Source: a virus (lineage: Duplodnaviria; Heunggongvirae; Uroviricota; Caudoviricetes). Taken from it: a stretch of 64,000 nt of DNA. This document shows, piece by piece, positions 20,779 through 30,217 of this stretch (position 1 is its first letter; the number at the start of each line of letters is the position of its first letter). A program made the position numbers and the translations under genes. A model generated the notes under the pieces. The model was not told where the DNA came from and did not search any database. It was given only the letters and a program-made list of their open reading frames with translations. The stretch covers positions 32,001 to 96,000 of the IMG/VR virus record IMGVR_UViG_2724679237_000005; one strand, given 5' to 3'.

Positions 20779-21234
20779 TCAACGGGGAGTAATAAAGCGT
20801 TCAGAGCCTAATCGCTCTAATTCAACGATGGCCATCTTTGACGCCTGAACGATCATGTCTCGGCGATGCGAAAAGGCGGCGACAGCATGTTTGTATATGT
20901 CTGCGATGTGCCGTGCTTCATCCAACTTCTGCCGTTTAGACAGATACTGTGGGTTTGTTTTAACCTTAGCGTCCAGTACAGATTCGTTGAACTTAATGCC
21001 GTTCATACTCAAGTTCTTACGCTCTGTGTCGTATAGCTTTGCTTCAACAGCTTCAAGGTTAAGTTTTGCTTCTGCGACACTTCTTTCTGCATGGGCGAGT
21101 TTTGAGCCATATTCCATCAACAGGCGGGGTTGTCTACGCCAGACTTCTTCCAGATTGTCTCGGTCAAACTCGAGATCAGACATTATTTTCTCGTAAATAT
21201 CGGCGATCATGCGCATTTCCTTATCACTTATCAT
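20779..21234 (-). CDS. hypothetical protein (coiled coil)
   Basis: 151-aa ORF. Confidence 0.45.
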   Translation of the reverse strand: MISDKEMRMIADIYEKIMSDLEFDRDNLEEVWRRQPRLLMEYGSKLAHAERSVAEAKLNLEAVEAKLYDTERKNLSMNGIKFNESVLDAKVKTNPQYLSKRQKLDEARHIADIYKHAVAAFSHRRDMIVQASKMAIVELERLGSERFITPR

Positions 21235-21335
21235 TTTGTATTGATTATATCATTGTAATGATGAGGCAATGAGCTTGAAGATAGGGGGGGGAGGGGATAA
21301 GGGAAAACATGGCCTTTATGGCCATGTTTATTGGA

Positions 21336-22505
21336 TCACGTCTTAATAGTTTCTGCTACGTCGGCTAATATCGCTTCTAGTCGTTCTCCCTCTTCAGGTC
21401 TGAAGTAAAGAATGTTGGGGTTAAACCCGTAAAAGACAGTAACGTCAAGGTCTGGAAGATACTCCTTCCTGCCGACCAAATCGGATGGCTTGTTTTTGTT
21501 GTTAAACAATGCCGTTGCCCGGCTGCCACACGTCAGCACATAGGTCGGACGCACCAGATTGATCTCTTCACGTATAAAGTCGGTGAACTGGCCGATCTCG
21601 TCTTTGGTGTAGTCTTTTTCTTTGTCTTTAACCTTCTTGCAAACGCCTGTGACATAGAGATCGCCCATGCGTAAATCTCCAGCCGTCAATAGCTTGGCCT
21701 TAAAGTCGTCGTATCCGTTCTCCATAAAGTAACCGGTTCGAGCATCATTGCCGTTCGCATTGTCCAGAATGATCATGATTTTCGGCTTAATACCAATGCT
21801 GGGGCGGATTAGTTCATCACCTAAGCCCATTTCAGCCGCCATCCGCGTCATGAGTACGTTAATTTCAGCCGAACGTTTGGGGTTCATCTCAAACGAACGT
21901 GAGGCTTTAACTGCGTCTATGACAAGATTTCCCATCAATTCAGCCTGGTCGCGTAGGCGCTCTGGAGCAGTTGCTGGCAGACTACCTGGCTCGATGGATG
22001 CAAACGCCCCTACTTTTTGCAGCGATTCGCGCACTCGACTATTACAGGCACGTTTCTCGACAGCTTCTTCGAATTGCGCCAGTGACTCGAATTTGCCGCC
22101 AACTTTTTCTCGCGCTCTCATGATGGCTTGGCAGCCATTCTCAGAACACCCCTTCACAGCAGAGAATGGCGCATACAGCACCTGGCTGCCATCTTCAAGC
22201 GTGCGGATCTCGATTCGGTTAGATGACACGTTAACGTCTGGTGGCAATACGCGAATTCCATAGGTCAGCGCATCTTTAACCAGCCCTTGGTGTTTATCTT
22301 CGCCAAGAATAGTGAGAGCAGCAGCGAAAAACTCTGCGGGATAATGAGTTTTCAACCACATAGATTGATAACTGATTAAGGAGTAAGCAACAGAGTGTGA
22401 TTTGTTGAAGGCATACGCGCCGGATTTCTCAAACATATTCCAGATTTCTTCGGCTCGTTCGTGCGTCAGGCCATTGCTCTCTTCAACTACACTGGTAATT
22501 TTCAT
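21336..22505 (-). CDS. dnaE: DNA polymerase III alpha (DnaE-type) C-terminal fragment
   Basis: YAFNKSHSVAYSLISYQSMWLKTHYPAEFFAA matches DnaE segment following the fingers domain. Confidence 0.8.
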   Translation of the reverse strand: MKITSVVEESNGLTHERAEEIWNMFEKSGAYAFNKSHSVAYSLISYQSMWLKTHYPAEFFAAALTILGEDKHQGLVKDALTYGIRVLPPDVNVSSNRIEIRTLEDGSQVLYAPFSAVKGCSENGCQAIMRAREKVGGKFESLAQFEEAVEKRACNSRVRESLQKVGAFASIEPGSLPATAPERLRDQAELMGNLVIDAVKASRSFEMNPKRSAEINVLMTRMAAEMGLGDELIRPSIGIKPKIMIILDNANGNDARTGYFMENGYDDFKAKLLTAGDLRMGDLYVTGVCKKVKDKEKDYTKDEIGQFTDFIREEINLVRPTYVLTCGSRATALFNNKNKPSDLVGRKEYLPDLDVTVFYGFNPNILYFRPEEGERLEAILADVAETIKT

Positions 22506-23236
22506 TCAGTCACCTCATCAATCTTCACGAACTCATACCCATTGGAGGCCAGCCAGTCCCGCTGGCGCTCCCAGCTCCATACCTTTTCACGCATTTCGCT
22601 ATGCAGGCGAATGTGGGCGTCTTCTGGAAGTGCCACCAGATTCCCAGGGGCGTTATCTACCGTATCGCGGTTAATATGGTGGACATGTTCATCGTCACGT
22701 AGCTCCCGACCGAGACGTTCTTTCGCTATCAACCGATGAACGTATTCGTATTGCGAAACGCCATTGTTACCAACCAGCTGCATCATGTAGCCGTTGGTTT
22801 TTACGATGATGCCATCTTTGTAGTTGTTCGCTTCTTCTCCGATCTTTCCGCGTTTGGCAGCCGCCAGCTTTTCCTTCGTCTCCGCGCGGATTGTTCTGCC
22901 GGTTAGCTTTTTCGAAACGGTGGCCACTCGCTCATCGATATCAGCACGCAGACCGGCATTCCACGAGGTTTTCCCATACATAGGGTTGCCAGTGCCAGTC
23001 CGGGCTTCGGAGAGTCGCTTCATACGTTCGTCATTATTTTTGTTTTTGCCACGATTCCAGGCTGGGGTAGCGGAGATCCGCGCGTTTCCGCGCCTGATCC
23101 CCCATTTGGCTAATAAGCGGTCAATATTTGCCTTGCTGCAACCAGCTTCGGCGGCAATGTCTTCTTTTCTCATCAGGTCAACCATGTAACGCTGACGTAA
23201 CCATTCTTCTGTGATTTTGTACTTCGTACTCGGCAT
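22502..23236 (-). CDS. HNH homing endonuclease inserted between dnaE fragments
   Basis: C-terminal HNH motif (EHVHHINRD...N) plus NUMOD-like repeats. Confidence 0.75.
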   Translation of the reverse strand: MPSTKYKITEEWLRQRYMVDLMRKEDIAAEAGCSKANIDRLLAKWGIRRGNARISATPAWNRGKNKNNDERMKRLSEARTGTGNPMYGKTSWNAGLRADIDERVATVSKKLTGRTIRAETKEKLAAAKRGKIGEEANNYKDGIIVKTNGYMMQLVGNNGVSQYEYVHRLIAKERLGRELRDDEHVHHINRDTVDNAPGNLVALPEDAHIRLHSEMREKVWSWERQRDWLASNGYEFVKIDEVTE

Positions 23237-23250
23237 TTCTAAGACTCACT

Positions 23251-23269
23251 AAACAAATTGTTTTCTTAT
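23251..23269 (-). promoter_or_regulatory. same element, site 2 (upstream of HNH endonuclease gene)
   Basis: AAACAAATTGTTTTCTTAT. Confidence 0.5.
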
Positions 23270-23284
23270 CTTATAAATTAATTC

Positions 23285-25648
23285 TCAAATATCGAAGCTC
23301 GTTATGTCGGCATTTATTGCCATTGCTTCGGCATAAGTGCGACGCTCACCATCAGCACAAAGTAGGCGTGCTGCTTTATGGATTTTTCTCGTAGAACCGT
23401 CATCCAGTGACACTGTCACCCAGCCTTCCTCCGCTCGCTTAATGAAGTCGCCGCCAATGGATTTCATTTTCTCCATATCTTTTTTCCCGATCGCTTTCCT
23501 GACCGAGTCTGCTTCCGCCATTGAGAACCCCGCCAAGATTCGCGTAGCAGCCATGATCTGTTCCTGATAAATCAGAACACCGTTTGTGTCGCGAGAGATG
23601 TCGTCCAGCATAGGGTGTAAGGAATGTGGAGCCATGAAGCCTTTGGCCACGGAGACATAGTCGTCCAACATGCCGGATTGAATCGGGCCTGGTCGGAAGA
23701 GTGCGGTCGTGGCGACAACGGTCTTGAAGCTCATTGGCTCGATGCCACCGCCCAGATCTTTAAGCAACTTACGCATGGGGCCGGACTCCAGCTGGAATAC
23801 GCCCTGCGTGTACCCTGCAGCGAACCCATCCAGAACCTTGCGATCGTCCAGTGGGATAGCGTCGAGATTGATATCTTCACCTGTGTTCTCTTTTATGTAG
23901 CGTTTTGCACTATCGAGCAAATCGAGAGTTGCCAGGCCAAGCACGTCCAGCTTAATTAGGCCCATAGCCTCGCAGTAACGCTTGTCAAATGCGATACAAC
24001 GCGCGTCACCACGTCGTTCAACCGGTGTACGTTCTGTCAGAGGAACACCTGCTACGATCATCCCTGCCGCATGTCTACCAAAGCCACGCATAAGGCTTTG
24101 TAACTTGCAGGCTGCATTGAATGCATCAGGATATTTTGTTGCGTATTTGTCGAGACTTGCCAGTTGTTCGCGCAGTTCTTCCAATGGAAGGCTATCATCC
24201 TCAGCGTTCTTCAGTTCTTTTGATACCGCCATATCTGCGGACTCCACACCATAAATACGAGCGGTGTCACGTAGTGCAGAGGCTGCGCCCAGGTAGGTGA
24301 AGTTCGGAATGCCTGCAACGTAATCTTCGCCGTAGCGTTCATTCAGATACTCGATCACCTCATGGCGACGTGCCTGGCTGAAGTCCAAATCCGCATCTGG
24401 CAAGTCGAGACGCTCAGGGTTGATGAAACGCTCAAACAGAAGACCGTGACGGATTGGGTCGACGTTGGTTATGCCTATGCACCACGCCACCAGAGAACCG
24501 GCAGAGGAACCACGACCAGGCCCAACGGGAATGCCAGTTTCACGACTATGATTCATCAGATCGCGCACCATCAGGAAGTAACCACAGAATCCCAGGCGAG
24601 TCAGCGTGTCCATTTCGTACTTTAGCCGCTCAACATAAACCCTGTTCTCAGAAGCAGGTGGTGTGTATCCAAACTCTTTTGTGGTAAGACGTTTACGCAG
24701 CCCTGCAACAGCCAGTTTCATCAGCGTTGCAGGTTCGTCGTCTGCCATCTTGGGCAGTGCTGGTGGCAATTCATGCCAGCGCCATGTGCAGGAATCGATA
24801 ATGGTATCCTGCGTTGTTGAGGCCATTGCAGCTGTTACAGGCACATCCATGCGAACGGAGAAGGCTTTAAGCGCCTCAAGGAGATGGCGGCGACCATTGA
24901 CGGCGTTATCTCGCTGGTGGGGGATACGCAGACGATGCGGCTGGTCGATTTTGATGTTGTTCGTAACCATGTGCGCAATGTCTTTAATGTCTGCATCGTC
25001 GATCGATTCGTAATAAGCGGGATAGAACGCCACTGGCTCTATTTTCAATGCGCTGGCGACTTTCATCGCCCGGACGTTAATCTGGTCGTAGAATGGGGTA
25101 GGGTGCGGATAAACCACACTATAGAAGTTGTCTTTTCCACCCGCTGTAATCAGTGTGCTTATGATTTTTGCAAAATCGTTGCGTTGGAACACGCTACCGA
25201 TGTCGGAAGTAAGCAGGATGATGTTGCCTTTGGCATATGTAGAAACCAACTGTTCGAGCGAGAGACGCGGTACAAAGTAGAACTGTTCTCGTGTGTTGGC
25301 CGCCGTCATTAGTTCGCAGATGTCGCGATATCCTTGCTCATTTTTAATTAGAGCGGTAAACGAGTAGTTACGTCCCCGCTCTAATGATTCCATACATCTC
25401 ATAGATTCTTTAGCAAGTTTAGCCCGGTGCTCGTATGTGGGATCATCAACAATGTTTAGTTTCACACCACAAATAACCGCCATGTCGTCACCAGCGGCAC
25501 GTTGTAGTGGAATAACGCTCGCAATATTCATGCTATCTGCTGAAATTACAGCGGTGTAGCCAGCTTCTCTGGCAATCTTCACCGCGTTTTCTGCTTTTAG
25601 AGCCGACTCCCCAAGTGAGAAGTCAGTTCGAACCATCAGTGCCTTCAT
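23285..25648 (-). CDS. dnaE: DNA polymerase III alpha (DnaE-type) N-terminal fragment (PHP, palm, fingers)
   Basis: GFCGYFLMVRD, PVGPGRGSSAGSLVAW, FQLESGPMRKLL, LFRPGPIQSGM, IYQEQIMAA align to DnaE. Confidence 0.85.
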   Translation of the reverse strand: MKALMVRTDFSLGESALKAENAVKIAREAGYTAVISADSMNIASVIPLQRAAGDDMAVICGVKLNIVDDPTYEHRAKLAKESMRCMESLERGRNYSFTALIKNEQGYRDICELMTAANTREQFYFVPRLSLEQLVSTYAKGNIILLTSDIGSVFQRNDFAKIISTLITAGGKDNFYSVVYPHPTPFYDQINVRAMKVASALKIEPVAFYPAYYESIDDADIKDIAHMVTNNIKIDQPHRLRIPHQRDNAVNGRRHLLEALKAFSVRMDVPVTAAMASTTQDTIIDSCTWRWHELPPALPKMADDEPATLMKLAVAGLRKRLTTKEFGYTPPASENRVYVERLKYEMDTLTRLGFCGYFLMVRDLMNHSRETGIPVGPGRGSSAGSLVAWCIGITNVDPIRHGLLFERFINPERLDLPDADLDFSQARRHEVIEYLNERYGEDYVAGIPNFTYLGAASALRDTARIYGVESADMAVSKELKNAEDDSLPLEELREQLASLDKYATKYPDAFNAACKLQSLMRGFGRHAAGMIVAGVPLTERTPVERRGDARCIAFDKRYCEAMGLIKLDVLGLATLDLLDSAKRYIKENTGEDINLDAIPLDDRKVLDGFAAGYTQGVFQLESGPMRKLLKDLGGGIEPMSFKTVVATTALFRPGPIQSGMLDDYVSVAKGFMAPHSLHPMLDDISRDTNGVLIYQEQIMAATRILAGFSMAEADSVRKAIGKKDMEKMKSIGGDFIKRAEEGWVTVSLDDGSTRKIHKAARLLCADGERRTYAEAMAINADITSFDI

Positions 25649-25832
25649 GTGTTTTTACCTTTCTGGTTTTTTTGATTTTGTCATTGGGGAAGCCTACGAA
25701 CTTCCCATGCATCGAAATCGCAACTTCTTTTGCTGATTGGTGACAATCGGGCTTGTCTGGACACACCAGACAAGCCTTACCAGTTTCAGAAGCAGCGATA
25801 AGAGAGCCGAAACATCCTTTACGCACGATCAA
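25623..25832 (-). CDS. small Cys-rich hypothetical protein
   Basis: 69-aa ORF with C-x4-C...C-x2-C-x5-C-H; overlaps both neighbours; weak. Confidence 0.25.
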   Translation of the reverse strand: MIVRKGCFGSLIAASETGKACLVCPDKPDCHQSAKEVAISMHGKFVGFPNDKIKKTRKVKTHEGTDGSN

Positions 25833-27064
25833 CCAAATATTTTTTGAACAACTTCACGAGCCGCTTGTGCAGAAGCTGAAGGGAGTTTGTTAATGAAAGA
25901 ACGCTCAATACCTGTCACAAAGTCGCCTCGCATCATTCCAATCTTGGCCGACAACAAAAGTTCACGAGGGCCAATTGGCTGACTGATAAGGTGTTCTTCG
26001 TATCCATCGCGAACGATACCGGCAAACTTAACCATCTTTTCTGCGTATTCATCCACGATACCGGCATTTATCAACATGTTGATCTCTGCCTCTTTGCTCA
26101 TGTATTTCACATTCGAAACGATGCCAAAACGCGAAAAGTTCGCGGCGTTCTGGATGTTTGTACCCTGGTACAAGCCGGTTTCATCACCAGATCCGTTCGT
26201 GTTGCCAGTGCCAATGAAAGCAAACCGTTCATGCGGAGTAATGCGACGCCATTCTGGAGTCGCCTCTTTGATGACCAACGCTTCACCTTCCAGCACTGGC
26301 TGATACACGCCAAGAATCTGTGGAAACGCAAAGTCGTATTCATCCGCGAGGTAAACCCAGCCATGCTTCATTGCGAGCGCAAGCAAGCCAGGTTCGAAAT
26401 ACGTAGAGCCATCACGCGCCAGAATTTGCCCCGTAACATGTGCCTCTTCCATTGATGCTGTATGTTGGGCACGGATCAACGGACGATTGAGCAAAGCACA
26501 TAGCTGTGTAGGCAATGACGATTTGCCTGTTCCTGCATGACCCCACAAATAGCCAGGTATGCCAAGTTCAAGCATCATGAAAATATCTTTGATCAGTTCG
26601 AAGTCGCCATATACGTAGCCTTTCTTCACTTCGGGAACGAACTCTGGAAACGGCGTATTGACGTTGACGCTAACCATGAGCGGCGTCCCACGTTTTGTTC
26701 CGAGTTCTTCCACCGTTACGTCTAGCAGTTCGTGAGCTGCGACCAGATCTGTCTTGTACTCAACTGTGCCTGTGTAGCCTGGGCTACTGGTCACGCCAGA
26801 TGATTTGGCCATTTCGCTTTTTTGCTCGGCACGTTTAGCTTGAATTGCATCAAGTGCCTTTTTCGATAGCGTTGGCTCATCTGGAAACTGTGTTGTGTAC
26901 ATTTTCAGTACGGTGTCAGGATCGGCATCTTTTACTGACTCAGGAATGCCCTCGCAATTACCATTGGCTACATGGGACTTAAAATAGTGAAATGATTTTC
27001 CGCACCACTTGCAAACAAGGTAATCAGAAGGATTTTTTTCATTTTGCAGTGCAGTAGTCGTCAT
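25829..27064 (-). CDS. CobS-like / MoxR-type AAA+ ATPase
   Basis: Walker A GHAGTGKSS, Walker B LADEYD; paired with vWA gene. Confidence 0.7.
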   Translation of the reverse strand: MTTTALQNEKNPSDYLVCKWCGKSFHYFKSHVANGNCEGIPESVKDADPDTVLKMYTTQFPDEPTLSKKALDAIQAKRAEQKSEMAKSSGVTSSPGYTGTVEYKTDLVAAHELLDVTVEELGTKRGTPLMVSVNVNTPFPEFVPEVKKGYVYGDFELIKDIFMMLELGIPGYLWGHAGTGKSSLPTQLCALLNRPLIRAQHTASMEEAHVTGQILARDGSTYFEPGLLALAMKHGWVYLADEYDFAFPQILGVYQPVLEGEALVIKEATPEWRRITPHERFAFIGTGNTNGSGDETGLYQGTNIQNAANFSRFGIVSNVKYMSKEAEINMLINAGIVDEYAEKMVKFAGIVRDGYEEHLISQPIGPRELLLSAKIGMMRGDFVTGIERSFINKLPSASAQAAREVVQKIFG

Positions 27065-27159
27065 GCGTTTTTCCTTTGTTTTCTAATGAGCGTTCAACTT
27101 CTTATATAAATATATCATTAACTATCGTAAGTGGTTACTTATCATTAAGGCTGTTTTGT

Positions 27160-29268
27160 TCACTTTAAAATGATACGAGATAGTTCAGTAACTACAGATG
27201 AACCAAGACTATCAACGCTCGTTACCAGGGCATGATTTGAGTAAAATCTCTCCGGTGCGTCAGTCATGATGCCAATTGCCATCAAATCAATGTCAGTCTG
27301 CGTTTCAATTTGTTTCGCAACCGAACGCAAATGAGCGTCAAAACCTCTCCCAACAGCCCACGGCGCGCCATCACTCAGAACAAGCATGATCTTCCTGTCC
27401 TCCATGCGACCGGAAAATAACGATGCAAGGCTGGCTATGCTTTCACCATCCACGTTATTAAGAAGTGGGAATGTGTAGCCTACGCACCCCATACGTGAGC
27501 GAACTTCGCGAGAATTTACCTTTTCATTCCAATTTTTGATGATAGGTAGCATTAAAGATTCAAAGCGAGAGAACTCATACTTGACAGCCTTAAGTTCTCC
27601 TGCCGCCATATGACTACCAAATGTAGTGAAGCCGGTGATAATGTTGGGAACATTTATTCGATCAAGGGCATCGGCGATGGTATATGCACTTGCAAGAGCC
27701 AATTGTATCGTTATACCACTCATTGAACCTGATAAATCAATCACTTGTTGAACACAGGCGTTAACGGCTTTAGATTCTTCTTTTTTACGAAACACGCGAT
27801 CATCATTCATTGCTAATCTGTAGATACTAGAACCATGAATGCGCCCCCGACGCTGGCCCGGTATAAACTGAACTCTGTTTCTGCTTGCTATTGCTCGCTC
27901 TAGGTCTTTTGCCAGCGTCGACGAAACACCTGACGAAAGATGCTTTTCAATATATTTGTCGAAGAGCTGGTTGCCTTCAGGAACGATGCGATAGCGGCTG
28001 ATTGGATATCCTCCCAAATCAATATCGGAGAATGTTTTAATAAGCCGTTTGATATGGGCTTCTGCCTGATCAATCGAGCCGATGAAGTCGTATGAGCGAT
28101 TGTATGGCCTGTATTCGCTTTTCGAGCTTTCTGTTAACTCGCTTTTAATCGTTTCGGATAGAGCATCTTCTGTCATGCCTCCGACTTCATCTTCTATGCT
28201 ATCCAGCTCCTCTAAAGCCTCTTCCAGACTCATTTTTGACGGAGTTGGAATATCTGAAGAGCCGTCTTCTGTCGTTTTTCTTTTTTCGTGGTCAGCGGTT
28301 AATGATTCTGACGCCGCGTTATCAGAAGCATCAGAATCTGATACCTCTTCATCATTTTCTGTATCATCGAATATTGTTTCTGATGATTCAGAATTATCTG
28401 AATCATCACTGTCGTTATTATCATGTTTGTGCTTACTGTGTGATTCTGGTTTGATAGATTTGTGATTATCTAACGCTGAGGGTGTCTCATAATCTTCGTT
28501 ATCTTCATTGTTTTCTCCAGAGGCATCCGTCTGGTCAGCGTCTGAAGGATCGGAAGTTTTTCCCGGAGCTGACTCCTTACCTTTGCTTTCACTTTCAGTG
28601 TCTTTGAGGATCTTAGCTATGGTCGCAGCCACCTTTACACAATCCTCGGTGCAAGACATGTTACGCACAGCCACATCGATACCATGTTCTTTTAATAATG
28701 AAATTGGTTTCTCAATGACAGGCCAGTATTCATCCATGAAATCTACGAACGGTGCTTGGCCATCCCAGGCTCTTACAACCGGACAGAGAAAGAAGTTTAG
28801 AAAAAGCGCGCGCTGATCTTTGCCACAATAAGCAATAGCCTCTGAAGCCTTTGGTTTAAAGACTTTTTCGATTATAAGGCGCTGAGTTGCCATCAGATTA
28901 CGTCTTGTTCCGTTAAAGACCTGCCCCATTTTTCGCTCGATGAACACGTCTTCTAAGGCATTCCATAGCGACCAGGAAGGAACGCGTCCTTTTTCTCTCA
29001 TTTTGTTGGACACACGAATATCGGTAAACAAAATGTGAGCAACCTCATGATCGAGAAATCCGCGCACAGCATTCATCAATGCCGGTGTTGCGTTATCCGG
29101 GATTGATGGGATGTTTACGAGAATTGGCTCTCCATCATCGTTATAGCGTACATAAGCGTCGTCCCCTCGTTCTGCAACAGGGATGTTTTTACCTGAAAGG
29201 AGAGCGACAACTCGTTTTACACTGTCACGGAAGTCCTGAACCTCTTTGATGGAACGTTTTTTAGACAT
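27160..29268 (-). CDS. CobT-like protein with C-terminal von Willebrand A domain
   Basis: MIDAS motif VIDLSGSMSG; long central Asp/Ser/Glu-rich acidic low-complexity linker. Confidence 0.7.
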   Translation of the reverse strand: MSKKRSIKEVQDFRDSVKRVVALLSGKNIPVAERGDDAYVRYNDDGEPILVNIPSIPDNATPALMNAVRGFLDHEVAHILFTDIRVSNKMREKGRVPSWSLWNALEDVFIERKMGQVFNGTRRNLMATQRLIIEKVFKPKASEAIAYCGKDQRALFLNFFLCPVVRAWDGQAPFVDFMDEYWPVIEKPISLLKEHGIDVAVRNMSCTEDCVKVAATIAKILKDTESESKGKESAPGKTSDPSDADQTDASGENNEDNEDYETPSALDNHKSIKPESHSKHKHDNNDSDDSDNSESSETIFDDTENDEEVSDSDASDNAASESLTADHEKRKTTEDGSSDIPTPSKMSLEEALEELDSIEDEVGGMTEDALSETIKSELTESSKSEYRPYNRSYDFIGSIDQAEAHIKRLIKTFSDIDLGGYPISRYRIVPEGNQLFDKYIEKHLSSGVSSTLAKDLERAIASRNRVQFIPGQRRGRIHGSSIYRLAMNDDRVFRKKEESKAVNACVQQVIDLSGSMSGITIQLALASAYTIADALDRINVPNIITGFTTFGSHMAAGELKAVKYEFSRFESLMLPIIKNWNEKVNSREVRSRMGCVGYTFPLLNNVDGESIASLASLFSGRMEDRKIMLVLSDGAPWAVGRGFDAHLRSVAKQIETQTDIDLMAIGIMTDAPERFYSNHALVTSVDSLGSSVVTELSRIILK

Positions 29269-29286
29269 GGCTAATCCTTTGTTATG

Positions 29287-29305
29287 AAAACAAATTATTT
29301 ACTAG
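29287..29305 (-). promoter_or_regulatory. same element, degenerate site 3 (upstream of CobT-like gene)
   Basis: AAACAAATTATTTACTAGT. Confidence 0.35.
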
Positions 29306-29366
29306 TGTGTTTAATGTAGCACTGCGCGAACAGGGAACTAAGCCATTCGCGCAGGGAGAAGAGGGG

Positions 29367-29579
29367 TTAACAGATTCTGACGGCTAAAGACCCGGAGCCG
29401 GTATTGAGAAGCGTGAAGCGTTTGTTGTTAAGTTCGAATATAAAGCCAGTTGTGTCATTCACACCAACCTGAATCTGCTCATTCGGTAGATCGGTGAGGA
29501 TGTCAGCTACACACTCATCAGCTAATTTCTGTACGTGTCCGATCTCAAGAGCGATTAGGCTGGAAATAGTGGTTTTCAT
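29367..29579 (-). CDS. hypothetical protein
   Basis: 70-aa ORF. Confidence 0.4.
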   Translation of the reverse strand: MKTTISSLIALEIGHVQKLADECVADILTDLPNEQIQVGVNDTTGFIFELNNKRFTLLNTGSGSLAVRIC

Positions 29580-29830
29580 TCAATCAATCCATTCTAACTT
29601 ATACTATGGTAAGGAATACTACTAAAATTTGTATCAATACTGAATACATCTATATCAGATGCAAGTTAATTTTCTTACCTATTTTGGGCTGGTTTTTCTC
29701 CATGCATGGACCTTTGCTCGGTCTTACAAGTGCCTGCCGAAAAAAATGATAATAGCTTTACAACCCTAATCTTTGATGTAATATCGGTAAGCACTTACCA
29801 GAGAGAATTAAACGCGCAAAGGTTGTAATA

Positions 29831-30217
29831 ATGTCTGACAACAAGATTGAATTTATAGAAAGTCGCTATGCTGCTTTTATCGCAGGGCTGATTGAATCCT
29901 CACCTATGAGTCAGGCCCAAATAGCCAGACTTATTGGTTATAAAAATGCCAACAACCTTTCTTTAATTAAAAGTGGCAAAATTCCTTTGCCTATCGATAA
30001 GGTTCGTCCGCTGGCGCTGGCGCTGGGTATTGAGCCAAGTCGTCTTATGATGATGGTGCTGGAAGAACGCCAACCTGAACTCGCAGCATTTTTATACAAA
30101 GAAGGCACCGCTCCTCTTAACGAGGACGAAAAACAGGTTCTTGCTGCATATAACGAGCGATTCGGTAAAGAGAAAGGCGCATCACAAAAGGTTGTTGAGG
30201 CCATAAAGTCTCTATGA
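29831..30217 (+). CDS. XRE-family helix-turn-helix transcriptional regulator
   Basis: SQAQIARLIGYKNANNLSLIKSGK HTH; convergent with recombinase gene. Confidence 0.7.
   Translation: MSDNKIEFIESRYAAFIAGLIESSPMSQAQIARLIGYKNANNLSLIKSGKIPLPIDKVRPLALALGIEPSRLMMMVLEERQPELAAFLYKEGTAPLNEDEKQVLAAYNERFGKEKGASQKVVEAIKSL

Noticed and set aside
21336-22050. Uracil-DNA-glycosylase-like domain fused to the dnaE C-fragment
   Set aside because: The C-terminal 180 aa loosely resemble a family-4 UDG fold, but the signature motif is not conserved; too weak to call.
21336-25648. Intein (or split intein) as the explanation for the dnaE split
   Set aside because: Junction residues do not show intein splice motifs (no Cys/Ser start with matching His-Asn end); the flanking extra segments are only about 44 and 15 aa.
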